This document shows, one piece after another, positions 1 through 13,326 of a stretch of DNA of 64,000 nt (position 1 is its first letter; each line of letters starts with the position of its first letter). The translations under genes were made by a program, and so were the position numbers. The notes beneath the pieces are model-generated. The model had not been told where the DNA came from, made no database searches, and was given only the letters and a program-made list of their open reading frames with translations. Origin of the DNA: Octopus vulgaris (Eukaryota); the NCBI GenBank assembly GCA_951406725.2, contig OX597817.1, forward strand, positions 1,612,001 to 1,676,000, in the 5' to 3' direction.

Positions 1-48
1 ACGTACGCGTGCGCGCACCCCAGGCACACACGCGCGCACACACACACA

Positions 49-101
<53 letters not shown>

Positions 102-227
102 TTTCGAAGTAACGTGCGCCTCACCTTGCATACACTAGTCCAGATTCTACTGCGGTTAGAATAAGGTTAGACTAGGTTGTAAGTGACGTCTAGGCTCAAA
201 CATACATACATATATACATATATACAA

Positions 228-258
<31 letters not shown>

Positions 259-583
259 TACTTACAGATATACATACATACATGCATACATGCATACATA
301 CATGCATACATACATACATACACACACATACATATATACATGCACGCACACACACATATACACGTACACGAGTTTCTATGTATGTATGCGTAAATTTGTG
401 TTTGACACAACATTGCTTGGCAACTAGTCTTGATTTTTAAAAACTTTTCCATAACTTAGCGACTCTGCAAAACAGAGCCGAAGAATACAAAGAACTGCGA
501 CCAATTTTCTCGACTAAACTCTTGAAGGCGTCACCTTAACATGGTTCCAGTTCAATGTCTGCAACAAATAAGAGGCAGGAACG

Positions 584-648
<65 letters not shown>

Positions 649-1261
649 ACACATTCACGTACATGTGTGTTTTGTGTGTTTGTGTTTGTCGTCTTTCATA
701 TATAATATCTATATCATATCAACTTTCCTAAACAGAATGTATTTATTTACTTTCATATACATTATACTCCTATTTCCCAAAAGAGTTCCTACCCAAGACC
801 CTTAAATTTCAGCGAAATAATATTTGAATTCTGTGAAAAAAAATTCTTGGCTTCAGCAAGATAAAACGTCTTTTAAAGAAACTTACTATAAGTATGTGTT
901 AATAAAAAATAGTATTCAACATTTTCAGAATAATAAGTTATTTTAAGTTGCACTTTTTTTTAATGGATACATTATCTCGCTAAAACAACTTGTGTTTCAC
1001 TGCGTGATGTATTGAATTGCCGGTGGTTGATATTGCAGCATAAAACATAAATATAAGTTGTGGGACTTTTGGAAAATCATATAAGAGTTCTGCAGTCAAA
1101 TAAATATGGGAACCATTGATATATACACAAGGGGTTGAGGAAAATAATGGAAACACCGTTAGAATTCAAAACTGCACCATACTCTATAGATGTATCCATA
1201 TCAATTATGTGTGCCTTTTACTTGTTGTTATATTCCTGTTTGGTTTCTTTTACTTTTCTTT

Positions 1262-1461
1262 TATTCTTTTACTTGCTTCAGTCATTTGATTGCGACCATG
1301 CTGGAGCACCGCCTTAATCGGTTTTAGTCGAAGAAATCGACTCCAGGACTTATTCTTCGTAAGCCTAGTACTTACTCTGTCGGTCGTTTTTTTTTGCCGA
1401 GCTGCTAAGTTACGGGGACATAAACACAACATCAGTTGTCAAGCGATGATGGAGGAGCAAC

Positions 1462-1492
<31 letters not shown>

Positions 1493-1830
1493 TTTCCAGT
1501 AATGTTTCTCAGGGCTTTCAATTCACCACAATTGATCAATAGACCAATTGAGTAAATCTATCTATAACGACTGCAGGAAACTGCTGTAAACCAAATTTGC
1601 TCTAATATAAGAATTATATGTAACGACTGTTATTTTAACTTGTCTGTCGTGTGTATGTGTGTGTGTGTGTGTGTGTGTGTACACAGCTTCTGTCTACCTA
1701 ATCCACTCACAAAGCTTTGGTCAGCCCGAGGTTATAGTAGAAGACACTTGCCCAAGGTGTCATACAGTAGGACTGAACCCAGAACCATGTGGTCGGGAAG
1801 CAAGCTTCTTACCACACAGCCACGCCCGTG
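1262..1830 (-). mobile_element. tRNA-derived SINE family A, split copy or two fragments
   Basis: Tail (1262-1490) and head (1686-1830) match the copies at 6701-7121, 16951-17350 and 18191-18576. Confidence 0.8.
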
Positions 1831-2217
1831 CATATATTTAAATAAGTTAAAATGCACGACCTGTCTCATTTCTGAGGAGGAAAAATTGTCGGAGCGCAGA
1901 TGGCTGAACCTTGACTCACTACATCAGCTGAATAGCTAAAGTTTTTCAATGTTTCGAGAGGTCGGCTGTGGCAAACATAATTCTAGATCTAAGGCAAAGC
2001 TCACATAGCGGAACCACAAAATAATAAAACGTATTGTAACTAAAAACCATCGAATTACGGCAGCAAAAGTGAAAGAAGAGTTGAACCACTACGTTGCCAA
2101 CCCTTTATCAACTAAAACTGTTTGTCATGATCTCCCTAAAAATGAATATCATGGCAAAGCTGCAACTGCTCAATCTATCCTGGCTCTCATCAAAATTGAT
2201 TGTGGGGAAAAAAGTGG

Positions 2218-3299
2218 GGATCTTTTCAATTCTGAAGCCAGGACCACAGATCTTTCTACTTAACTAAATAATCTGAAACTTCGTAGGCTGATAGGGTCTA
2301 GCAAAACAAGACACAGGTTGGAACTAGTTTATTTGAGAAAAAATCTATTTTATGACTTTAATCGTAGATTAAAACTGCGAATTTTAACCAATCAGATTGT
2401 TTGTTTTCATGTGTAAAACTTGACTGCATTCTATTAGTGTGACGTAGAAAGCGCTTTTGTGACGTACTAACGTTCGGAAAACTGTAAACAAACACAGAAC
2501 GTAACGGCAGACGAAATACGGCTACGCATTTCGCCCGGCGTGCTAACGTTTCTGCCAGCTCTTTGCTTTTTTAATATTAAATTTCGGCGAAGTTTCTCTT
2601 GTCGTAGCACAAGTTTTCCGTCGATTTCCGTAAAAAACTTTTATTTTTTTACATAAGTAATGAGAGCGAAAGAGACTAAGAGGAAGCGATTTTATGACGA
2701 GGGAAGTTTGTCTTTGAAGTTACCGTCTAGGGGAAGCATTGATGTACATGTGTGTGTTTGTGTGTGTTTGATGGGGTGTGGGAGACAGTATGTTGTGTAA
2801 GTGAAGTGCTTCTGTTAGTGTGTGTGAAGAGACAGAGAGAGTAATGTGTGAAAGAGAGAGATAACTGAAATTTTTTACTCGGTGTATGTGTATATGTATG
2901 TCTGCATGTATGTGTGTGTGTGTATGTATCTATGTATGTATGGCCGATTCATCGTAATTACGATGAATCGGCCATACATACATACACACACACACATACA
3001 TACACACACACACATACTTACACATACATACACACACATACATGTTTACATTTAAGATGTTTAATACGTCACGAAATTGGTGGTCGAGACGGAGTAAATA
3101 AAATAAAGCCGAATGACGGAATATCATTGGTTAAAATTCTAATTATTAAACAACGTTAAACTTAGAAGTTACAATTCCGTTTTCATTCTGGTTTACAATT
3201 AAGTTTACTTTTGACACATTCTACCAGTATACGAAGTTTCAAATTGTTTGGTTCAGTAGGAAAAATTTGAAAAAACTGGCTTCAGAATAGAAAAGATCC
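2218..3299. mobile_element. Non-autonomous TIR element (Merlin- or hAT-like MITE) nested in the Tc1 transposase
   Basis: Termini GGATCTTTTCAATTCTGAAGCCAG ... CTGGCTTCAGAATAGAAAAGATCC, with imperfect complementarity extending ~75 bp. 8-bp TSD AAAAGTGG at 2210-2217 and 3300-3307. Confidence 0.8.
2931..2984. repeat. Perfect 54-bp palindrome
   Basis: tatgtatgtatggccgattcatcgtaa|ttacgatgaatcggccatacatacata with no loop; flanked by TG-rich and CA-rich tracts. Confidence 0.95.
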
Positions 3300-4759
3300 A
3301 AAAGTGGTGTCTAGATTACATGAAGTGTTCAAAGACTCAATGGAACAGTGCTGTCTGATAAATCATCAATCAGCCTTATCCACACATCAAGGCGAATTTA
3401 TGTCAGGGGACATCCCATTAAGCTTTCAACCCTAACTTTTTAGCCCCTTTCTTGAATCATAAAGGCGGCTTTATTGATTTAGTTTGCCATATCATGGAAT
3501 TCACTTGGCCTTTTAGTACTTCCACATTAAAGATTTAACGCTAATGATTTATTGGGTATTTTGGCTGACGCTCTCCATCCTATAGTACAAACATTATTCT
3601 CTGATGGCAACGTAAACTTCCAGGGAGAAAAATGCGCCGATTTAGACAGCTAGTGTTATTCATAATTGGTGTGAAGGTCACAAAAGGGAAGCATATCTCT
3701 TGGATTGGGCTCAGCAATCACTAGTTTCCAACACTCTCAATATAACTGAACATTCATGGTGCATTTCAGAAGAGGAAGTGAGGAGCCGCTTTTCTTAACC
3801 ATCGTAACTGAAAGAAATAAAGCAGGTTTTACTTGAAGAATAACCTAAAATTCCGCGAGCCACCGTTCAGAACCTGTTCGGGTCAATTCTTCGATGTATT
3901 AAAGCTGTAATTGATGCCAAAGTTGGACCAACTCTGTACTAAAGCATAAAACTTCCATTGAACAAGGTCTTGTCATTATTTTGGCCAGACTCTGTATATT
4001 TATCGGCTTTTATCTACTCTTAATATATTTTCATAGACTCCTTACACATATATACACGCGCACGTTCATGCATGTGTGTGCGTGTATTTATGTATATATA
4101 CTTTCATATTCGTGGATACTTATCTTCTTTCATATATTCCTTATATATTTATCTGTTGTCATACATCATCACATATTTACCCTATTTTATATACTCCTAA
4201 CCTATTTATCTCCTTTCACATAACATATATTTTTCGCTTTAATACACTCCCTTACATATTTAACTATTATCATATACTCTCTATATACTGACGGTTATCT
4301 TCACTACAAACAAGTATTCGACATTCAAATCTAAACTAACAAGCAATAAATATAATTTTCAAGGTATGTGGAGCTATAAACAAAAATAAACACCTAAAAA
4401 CTGAACAACCAAAATATGTTACCCTTCGTACATTTTTAATTTCACACACCTACACCGAAGCATTGGTAAAAGAAAGGAAGAGGGCATAATTGGTGTTTTG
4501 GGGCATTATATAACATACGCATTTCCACTGACCGATCGGTTCACTTAACCTATATTACTTAATAAAGTGGTTCGAATTTCACACTTTAGCCTGTCCTGCC
4601 ATTGGGTGGTTATTTTCAATCAGAGTGGAATATTGGAGTGGAGTGTGAAACTGTTTGCCAAACCCAAACCTTTCGTACACACTTTTGAATAGCATAATAT
4701 TCATCCGTCCGTACGTACCGACGGACAAACACACACGCACACGCACACACATACACACA

Positions 4760-4809
<50 letters not shown>

Positions 4810-5248
4810 TACATACATACATACATACATACATACATACATACATACATACATACATACATACATACATACATAATGGCTGCAACTTGATCCCGAGCAA
4901 CACCGTCATTTGATTGTTTTCTGATACATGAGCAGCACAAAGGGCGCCTCTTGCAGCAGGTGTTAAGAGGGGTTATCACTCATGCTAACTCATGGCATGG
5001 ACATTTTCATTGACTGTTTTGCCTTTCGTGGGTACGGCTAGTCATAGTATGCAACACAGAAAAGAGGTGTTAAAAGGGCTCGATATATTGTTCCCTTCTT
5101 TTCTGAATATTGGCGATGGAGATATTTACCAGCAAATCTAACGTACTAACCCTAACCCCTTCTCTGACAGAGTACTGCTCAGTTGTTAACCAGAAAGACC
5201 CCAGATGAGGTGCTCTAAATAAAGCTCGCTTCGTTCTGGCCTGCGTCA

Positions 5249-5301
<53 letters not shown>

Positions 5302-5395
5302 CACAACCCTCACACAGAAGCACATATTTACTAATGAGTATGAAAATAGGCTTTTGTATATGTAAATGTGCATGTGTCTATCTATCCATCCATCC

Positions 5396-5458
<63 letters not shown>

Positions 5459-5607
5459 AGTCATTCTGTCTGTCTGTCTGTTTGTCTGTCTGCCTATCTA
5501 TTGATCTATCTCTCTATCTCACTAAATATCTACATATATACATACACACGCACGCATACACACACGCGCACACACATATAATATATACATGAAATGAGAG
5601 GTAGAAA

Positions 5608-5668
<61 letters not shown>

Positions 5669-6240
5669 AGTGAGAAAGAAAAAGAGAAAGAGAGAAATCT
5701 TCATAGTTTTGTGTTCCTTGAATGCATTAGATTTCGCATTACAGTAAATTAAAAAGTAACCAGCTGGAATCATTTAGCAAATTTTAATATGCTTTTCTCA
5801 ACATTCAAAGGCGTCGCTATTACATAGACTGTTGATGACGTCAGCGAAACCGTTAACCATGTCTCCTTGCAAAGCTGTCTCCATACAAGTATTCTGCTGT
5901 AACTCGTCTCTAGTATCGACGGTGATATTGCCTGTGATATTAGTCTGATATCACTGATAACTGATAATTTTGTAAACGATCGCTGAACAATGAAAGCTGT
6001 TAGCAGTAACACAGTAACACATATTTTCGATGAAAAAAACAAAACAAAAACAATCGATTAATTCGAGCGTTTACTTGAATTATCGACTCTCGGAACAGTC
6101 GATATCATCGAGTTTTGAAGACAAAATAATTCTAATCAGACACATGGGAGAGAAAGTTACTGAAGAGGTCACAGAATGTGTCACGAAAGAACTTTGGGGG
6201 ACAAATGAAGTAAATAATAATAATAATAATAATAATAATG

Positions 6241-6280
<40 letters not shown>

Positions 6281-6292
6281 TAATAATAATAA

Positions 6293-6506
6293 TCCTTTCT
6301 ACCATATGCACAAGGCCTGAGATTTAGGGAGGGGGATAATAAATTTCATCGACCCCAGAGCGTAACTGGTACTTATTTCATCGACCCCGAAAGGATTAAA
6401 GGCAAAGTCGACCTCGGCGGAACTTGAACTCAGAACGTGAGGACGGACCAAATGCCACTAAGCATATCACCCGGCGGGTTAACGATTCTGCCAGCTCACC
6501 GCCTTT
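6293..6506 (-). mobile_element. SINE family B (Nin/Deu-domain-like)
   Basis: Core atcgaccccgaaaggat(g/t)aaaggcaaagtcgacctcggcggaa is shared by more than 10 copies in the window; adjoins (TAA)n. Confidence 0.85.
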
Positions 6507-6700
6507 AATAACACCAATAAAACTGAAGTGAAGATCAAATACACAGTGCGTGTGTTTTATTTGCAAAAGATGACCCTACCCAAGTATAACAATTAATCAT
6601 TTCCCTCATTCCTTTCAAATAGCTATAAAGTATATTCTAGCAATATAAAATGAAATCACCAGTGAGCGGTAGAAAGCACTTGTTGAAGTAAATGACGAGT

Positions 6701-7121
6701 TTACTCTTTTAGTCTTTTACTTGTTTCAGTCATTTGACTGTGGCCATGCTGGAGCGCCGCCTTTAGTCGACCTCCAGGACTTATTCTTTGTAAGCCTAGT
6801 ACTTATTCTATCGGTCTATTTAGCCGAACCGCTAAGTTACGGGAACGTAAACACACCAGCATCGGTTGTCAAGCGATGTTGGGGGGAGGCACACAAACAT
6901 ATACACAGACACACAAACACACACACACACACACGCACACATATATATATATATACATACATATATACGACGGGCTTCTTTCAGTTTCCGTCTACCAAAT
7001 CCACTCACAAAGCTTTGGACGGCCCGAGGCTATAGTAGAAGACACTTACCCGAGATGCCACGCGGTGGGACTGAACCCGGAACCATGTGGTTCGTAAGCA
7101 AGTTACTTACCACACAGCCAC
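6701..7121 (-). mobile_element. SINE family A
   Basis: Near full-length; tRNA-like head with A box TGGCTGTGTGG and B box GGTTCAGTCC on the minus strand; internal (CA)/(TA) tract. Confidence 0.9.
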
Positions 7122-7261
7122 GTATTTTGGGGATTTGAAGCTATTCATTATTCTTCTCTCCTGGAATTTTAATATTTTATAGAATCGGTTATACCTATTC
7201 ACATATTCACATTTGTTACTCACTAATTCTTATTGTAATATACGTATGTGCACACATAGGG

Positions 7262-7930
7262 TGGCTAGTTGGCAGAACTGTGAGCACGTCGGGCAAACGT
7301 TTCGCAGCACTTTATCCGTCTTCACGTTCTGAGTTCAAATTCCACCAAGGTTGACTTTGTCGTTCACTCTTCGGAATCGATAAAATAAGTATCATATGAA
7401 CACTGTACTCGATTTACCCATTTCCTCGAAATTGATGGTTTTATGCCAAAATTTGAAATCGGTACACATAAGGTGGGTGGAGGCACATGGCCTAGTGATT
7501 AGAGAAGCGAACTCGCGGTCGAGGGATTGCGGGTTCGGATCTCAGACCTGGCGATGTGTGTTTATGAGCAGAAGGTAACGGCGACTTTTGCTTACTCTTT
7601 TGCTACAATTTTCACCCTTTCCTCCTGCATCTAGCAGCTCACCTGCGATGGACCGGCGTCCCGTCCAGGTAGGGAACCTACACGCCAATGAAACCGGGAA
7701 ACTGGCCCTTATGAGCCAGGCTTGGCTCGAGAAGGAACAAAAAAAAAAAACACATAAGACGGAGAGCTGGTAGAATTTTTAGTACTGCGGACAAAATGCT
7801 CACCGGCATTTCGTCCGACTGAGTTAAAATTTCTCCGAGGTCAATTTTGCCTTTCATCTTTTCAGGGTCGATAAAATAAGTTACAGTTGAGCACTGGGGT
7901 CAATATAATGGACTTTGCTACCCCTTAACA
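7262..7930 (+). mobile_element. SINE cluster: family B (7262-7460), family C (7479-7740), family B (7760-7930)
   Basis: Similarity to other copies in the window; family C head ggaggcacatggcctagtg..gggttcggatc has A/B-box-like motifs. Confidence 0.75.
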
Positions 7931-7995
7931 TTGCTAAAATAAAACTTCTGCCCAAATAAGGAAAGTAAAGAATACGTATGTAAACGCACACACAC

Positions 7996-8042
<47 letters not shown>

Positions 8043-8745
8043 TACACACATGTACACTTGCCGATTCCAATATTTCCAATAACTCTTTTCTACCCGTGTA
8101 CTTAAGCAATTTTCAACCACCACCACCACCACCACCACCCCATTCCTACCGACTGTAGCAACAATAATTACCCCCACCCTCCTCACCAACACCACTCACT
8201 ACATCATCCCCCACTACCACTGCCTCTCCCATCCACTTACAAAGTTCATTACAGTACAAAGGTCAATGACGTGTATGTCGGGCAAATGAGACTATCCTTT
8301 ATATCAATTAAACTTGTAATGTGGGTGGTGGTAGATTTAGTACTAAGGGCGGCGGCGGCGGCGACGATAGTGGCAAAGGTAGTGGTAGTTGTGGTGGTGA
8401 TGGTGCTATTGTGATGGTGGTGGTAGATGCGTTGGTGGTAATGGTGGTGTAGGGGACGATGGTGGTGTAGGTATTTGTTGTCGGAGACGTGATGTTTTTG
8501 TTGGCGGCGTTTCTGTTTTTTTTTTCAGTTCTAATTGTTGCTCTCTGGCCCTGATCGAGCAAACTTATGAACATATAGTCCAACCGTGACCACGGTGCCT
8601 TATTCAAAATAAAGTCATCAATGCAGAAATGCCCAATGTGTTCTTTCTTTTTAAGACATAGGATGAGATACGAGGGAGAGTTCACTGCTATTTTTAACAA
8701 GAGGAACGACTACGTACAGTCCTCTTGTTGGTCTGTATATAGTGC

Positions 8746-9298
8746 TAATATCAGACTACTCTAGGCACAAGGCCTGAAATTTGGGGGAGGGAATTAGTCG
8801 ATTTCATCGACCCCAGTGCATAACTGGTACTTATTTCATCAGTCCCGAAAGGATGAAAGGCAAAGTCGACCTCGGTGGAATTTGAACTCAGAACGTAGCG
8901 ACGGGCGAAATACCGCTAAGCATTTCGTCCAGCGTGCTAGCGATTCTTTTCTATTCTAGTGGAACAAAACCCAAAATTGGTACTTAGTTTATCGACCCCG
9001 AAAGGATGAAAGGCAAAGTCGACCTAGGTGGAATTAGAACTCAGAACGTAAAGACAGGCGAAATACCTATTTCATTACTACCCACAAGGGGCTAAACACA
9101 GAGAGGACAAACAAGGACAGACAAACGGATTAAGTCGATTATATCGACCCCAGAGCGTAACTGGTACTTAATTTATCGACCCCGAAAGGATGAAAGGCAA
9201 AGTTGACCTCGGCGGAATTTGAACTCAGAACGTAACGACAGACGAAATACCGCTAAGCATTTCGTCCGGCGTGCTAACAATTCTGCCAGCTCGCCGCC
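8746..9298 (-). mobile_element. Composite (multimeric) SINE B insertion with 18-bp TSD
   Basis: Three copies of the core domain; TSD ttggtctgtatatagtgc at 8728-8745 and 9299-9316. Confidence 0.85.
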
Positions 9299-9704
9299 TT
9301 GGTCTGTATATAGTGCGTGCAGTATTAATGGTGGTGGTGATGCTTATGCTTACGGGAGACGGGTTGTACTATGTTCATGACTATAGTCACCTTTGGCTCG
9401 TTAGTGATGTCAATTGCGTTCTTTTGCGACATTTTTTTGTTCACAGCAGTAGAAGTAGCAACAATAGGAACAGCAGCAGCAGCAGCCGTTCAAGAATTTG
9501 GACCTGGAGATCTCCATTTCCAGCTACTTTGAGGGCCACCTCCCAGTGGTGATGGGCGTCAACGAAGAGCCCTCGGCTACAAGACGACCAAAGTTTTTTT
9601 TTTCCCAAGGTCTGGGGTCTCCCGCCCCTAAGCCCTAGACTATCACCTACTCACCCTTACCCGTCTTGTTGCTTAACAACAACGATAGAAACAGTAACAG
9701 GGGT

Positions 9705-10360
9705 TTCTACAATAAGCAGAAGGCCTTAAATTTTCGTGGACGAGGAAGTCGACTATATTTATCCCAGTGCTTAACTAGCGTTTGTTTCATCGACCCCGAA
9801 TGGATGAAAGGCAAAGTTGGCCTTAGTGGCATTTGAACTCAGAACGTAAAAACGGACGTAATGCATTTTGTATTGCGCACATCAATAACAGTAACAGGAA
9901 CCGCAGCGGAGCCGCTGTTTTTCGATTTTGATGCTATTCATTTATTGGTTGTTAATGTACTGTTTTATCATTGCAGTAGTTGTTGTTATTGTATTGCTGC
10001 TTAGCCGAGGTCAATTTTGCTGTTCATCATTCTAGGAGTGGAGATCGATAGAATAAGTACCTGTTGAATACTGAGGTCGATATAATCGACTTGCCCCTTC
10101 TCATAAATTACTGGCCTTGTGCCAAAACTTGAAACCATAACAATTACTATTAAAACTACGAGCTGGCAGAATCGTTAGCTCGCTTGACAAAAAATGCTTA
10201 ACGGCATTTCGTCCACATCTGTACGTTCTGAGTTCAAATTCCGTGGATGTCAACTTTACTTTTCATCGTTTTGGGGTCGATAAAATAATACCAATCACGT
10301 ACAAGGGTCGATGTAATCGACTTCACCCTCTCCTCAAACTTGTTAATCTTGAATCAAAAA
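9705..10360. mobile_element. Three degenerate SINE B copies (9705-9865 minus; 10005-10140 and 10158-10360 plus)
   Basis: Core motif similarity to other family B copies. Confidence 0.7.
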
Positions 10361-11289
10361 TTAGAAATAATAATAAATATTATTATCATTATTATTATTG
10401 TTTTTATTATTACTGCTACTACTGATGTTGATGTTGATTTTGTGAATGGATGTTGCGTACTGTACACTGCCACAATAAAATAATCTTTGCTGCGGACCTG
10501 CCACAATACGACGCGATAATATCTTGAAGTATGAACACACATGCGTGCTTGTATATGAGTAGTTATATGTATATGTGCATATAATATATACATATATCAT
10601 ATGTGAGAAATAATGCGTGGGATGTTTGTATTTGTATGTAATGTGTGTCATGTTTGTGTTACGAATGTTATGACATGTGCACCGGTACTGCCAATATAAC
10701 GTGAAACCTGAAACCAAATTTATAATCCTTGACATTTTATATAAACCAAGCAGAAGTCAAGACAAATATGAAATCAATCATTTGCTACACCTTCTATTTG
10801 ATATTTTATCAAATGCCAAGTTGGTTTTAAAGCAACACGTGAAACCTTAACTCAAAGCTAACCTAACAAGTTTCCTATAAAACTAATGATGATGATGATG
10901 ATGATAACAACAATAATAATAAATAATCATAACTATGATGATAACAATAATAACAACAACATCAATTCATTATAAATATTTAGATTTCTCTATTTGCTAC
11001 AAGGGTAGGAATGCGGAACTTTGCAAAGACGAAATGTATATCGCACGGAACAATTATACATGCGTGCATACGTCATTGGTCAGTTTTAATTCAAGGTTTC
11101 TTGCCAATAGAGAAAGAGCCGGTTTTTAACCCAGATCCAAGGTTCCTTCACTGGAATGTTTTATGTATGTATGTATTATGTATGTACGTACGTGTCAGTG
11201 TGTGCGAAAGACGCCTGTTGTTTCGTCCTGTTATTATTGTTGTTGTTGTTTTTTGTGTTTATATTCGTATTATATTTTGTTTTTTTTGT

Positions 11290-11498
11290 ATTTATGTTCG
11301 TGTGGCATCGTCCGTTTTTTTTGTCCTTGTTTTGTGTGCATTCGATCCTTTTCCCAGGAGATCTGGTGCTCGTGGCTTAGTCGGCTGGGGTTGCGGGGAT
11401 GGTCCGGTTCTTGACTGGGGATTGGAGGCTTCGAGTGACCCGTCCGTGTTTTTGTGTCGTCTGTTTGGGTGTTTTGCGTTCTTGTCCCATTTTGTGTT

Positions 11499-11500
<2 letters not shown>
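11290..11500 (+). mobile_element. Microsatellite-flanked interspersed repeat, strongly A-depleted copy
   Basis: Shares tgacccgtcc..tcgtct..ttgcgtt.ttgt.ccatttt with the reverse complement of 62550-62665; only 15 A in 11291-11490. Confidence 0.6.
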
Positions 11501-11552
<52 letters not shown>

Positions 11553-11769
11553 TATGTATGCATGTGTGTGTTTTTGTGTGTGCGCGTGTGCGTGTGTGCG
11601 TATAAAATGACCATCCTGAAATACAACAATATATATATATATATATATATACATACATACATACATACATACATACATACATACATACATACATACATAC
11701 ATACAAACATATACATATATATATATATAAACACACACCATTTATATCTATCTATTATATATATATATA

Positions 11770-12313
11770 TACTTATTAATAAGGGTTCAGCAAAGATTTT
11801 CTTTACCACATACCGAAGTTTAGAAACTTAGGAATCTAAGCGAACCTCATTCATATTTTGAATTCGGCGGTACTAACACTGAATATGATCCGCCTGATAC
11901 CGTTCGGTGGAGAGATATATTCAATTATTCCAGTACCCTCGAATTATTGAGGAATGCCATGCTGATGAGGAAAATGGTTGGTAAAGTATAATTCTATATT
12001 CTTTATGCCAATCTAATTCCGAAACGCGGACCAGATATTGATTGATTTTCGTTACTTCTTCCTCTCTGTCTGTGTGAATTATCTTCAAGTATTTTGGTTT
12101 CTCTAGGAGTCCCTTTCTAAAGTAGAAGAAATAGCTAAGATTTTTTGGCTGCTATTTCTAAACTTCGGTATGTGGTAAAACAAATCTTTGCTGAACCCTT
12201 ATTAATAAGTATTACTTAAGTTTACCGCGAAATGGTCCTTTTTTCATATTGAATTCTACTTGGTGAAATTATTGAATACTTCTTAATTAATTAATTTTAC
12301 CCTTTGTTATTAT
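11770..12313 (+). mobile_element. (TA)n-embedded non-autonomous PLE/retrozyme-like element with inverted 5' segment
   Basis: 11770-11826 is an inverted copy of 12155-12211; homologous to 27070-27600 in the opposite orientation; (TA)n on both sides. Confidence 0.75.
11962..12035 (+). ncRNA. Degenerate type-I hammerhead ribozyme motif with long stem II
   Basis: CTGATGA-GGAA..TTGG.TAAAG..CTTTA..CCAA..TTCC-GAAAC-GCG; cleavage triplet and stem I have decayed. Confidence 0.6.
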
Positions 12314-12325
12314 TATATATATATG

Positions 12326-12419
<94 letters not shown>

Positions 12420-12532
12420 TATATATATATGTCCTGCATATATCTATCTGTCTATCTAGCTAGCTATCTGTCTGTCTGTCTGTCTATATATCTATCTATC
12501 TATCTATTTATCTATCTATTTGTCTATCTGTA

Positions 12533-12567
<35 letters not shown>

Positions 12568-12965
12568 TCTAGAAAAAGCACTACATTTGAAAAGAAAATT
12601 ATTTTGCGCGTGCAAAAGGATTCTTACAGACTTCAATCTGTGCATATTCATAGACAAAAATATTTAATTCATCAATCTTATTAGTACCGCAAAATAGTAT
12701 TTTAACCATTTATAACGCAATTAATAAATAATTAATTTTCGTACTTAACATAAATTTATGTCTCCTCTATAGGCAGACCTTTAAAACTAGGAAATGAAAA
12801 GTGACTGAACAAAATTCCCTAACAACGTCTTGGCTGGTCCGTGGCTATAGTAGAAGGCACCTGCCCAAGGTGCTAAATAGTAGAACTGAACTCGAAACCA
12901 CGACCACGCCTACGCCATATTTGTACGTAAACTTGTGTACATATACATGAATTTATGTATGTAAA

Positions 12966-13017
<52 letters not shown>

Positions 13018-13241
13018 TTTACCGACATATACATACACACTTAAACACAAGCACTCACACACACACAAAGCATTCTGTGCATTGCATATATATTATAGAA
13101 CGTATTTTCAATATACTCGTAAACATAAGGCGGTGCCCCAGCATGGCCACAGTCTAATGACCGAAACAAGTAAAAGATAAGCGATAAAAGCAAACGAAAA
13201 CTACGCGCACAAAGTTTACAGAACTGTGCAATGAAAATGTT

Positions 13242-13326
<85 letters not shown>

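Larger units (their letters stand above)
1126..3994 (+). mobile_element. Decayed Tc1-family DNA transposon, interrupted by SINE pieces and a MITE
   Basis: Degenerate TIRs (caaggggttgaggaaaataatggaaacacc at ~1128; reverse complement of ggtcttgtcattattttggccagactctg ending 3994). Frameshifted transposase: MHDLSHF*GGKIVGAQMA..KRIVTKNHRITAAKVKEELNHYVANPLSTKTV (1851-2200) and KWCLDY..LHPIVQTLFSDGNVNFQ..NAPI..LNITEHSW..RCIKAVIDAKVGPTLY* (3300-3941). Confidence 0.85.

Noticed and set aside
780-1118. hAT/Charlie-like end (gggaaccattg); also a Tigger-like end at ~20290 and a hairpin at 60022-60058
   Set aside because: Only one terminus is recognisable in each case, so boundaries and TSDs cannot be supported.
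8746-9298. Regularly recurring ~45-bp motif resembling CRISPR repeats
   Set aside because: Eukaryotic SINE core domain; intervening sequences are homologous and irregular; no cas genes.
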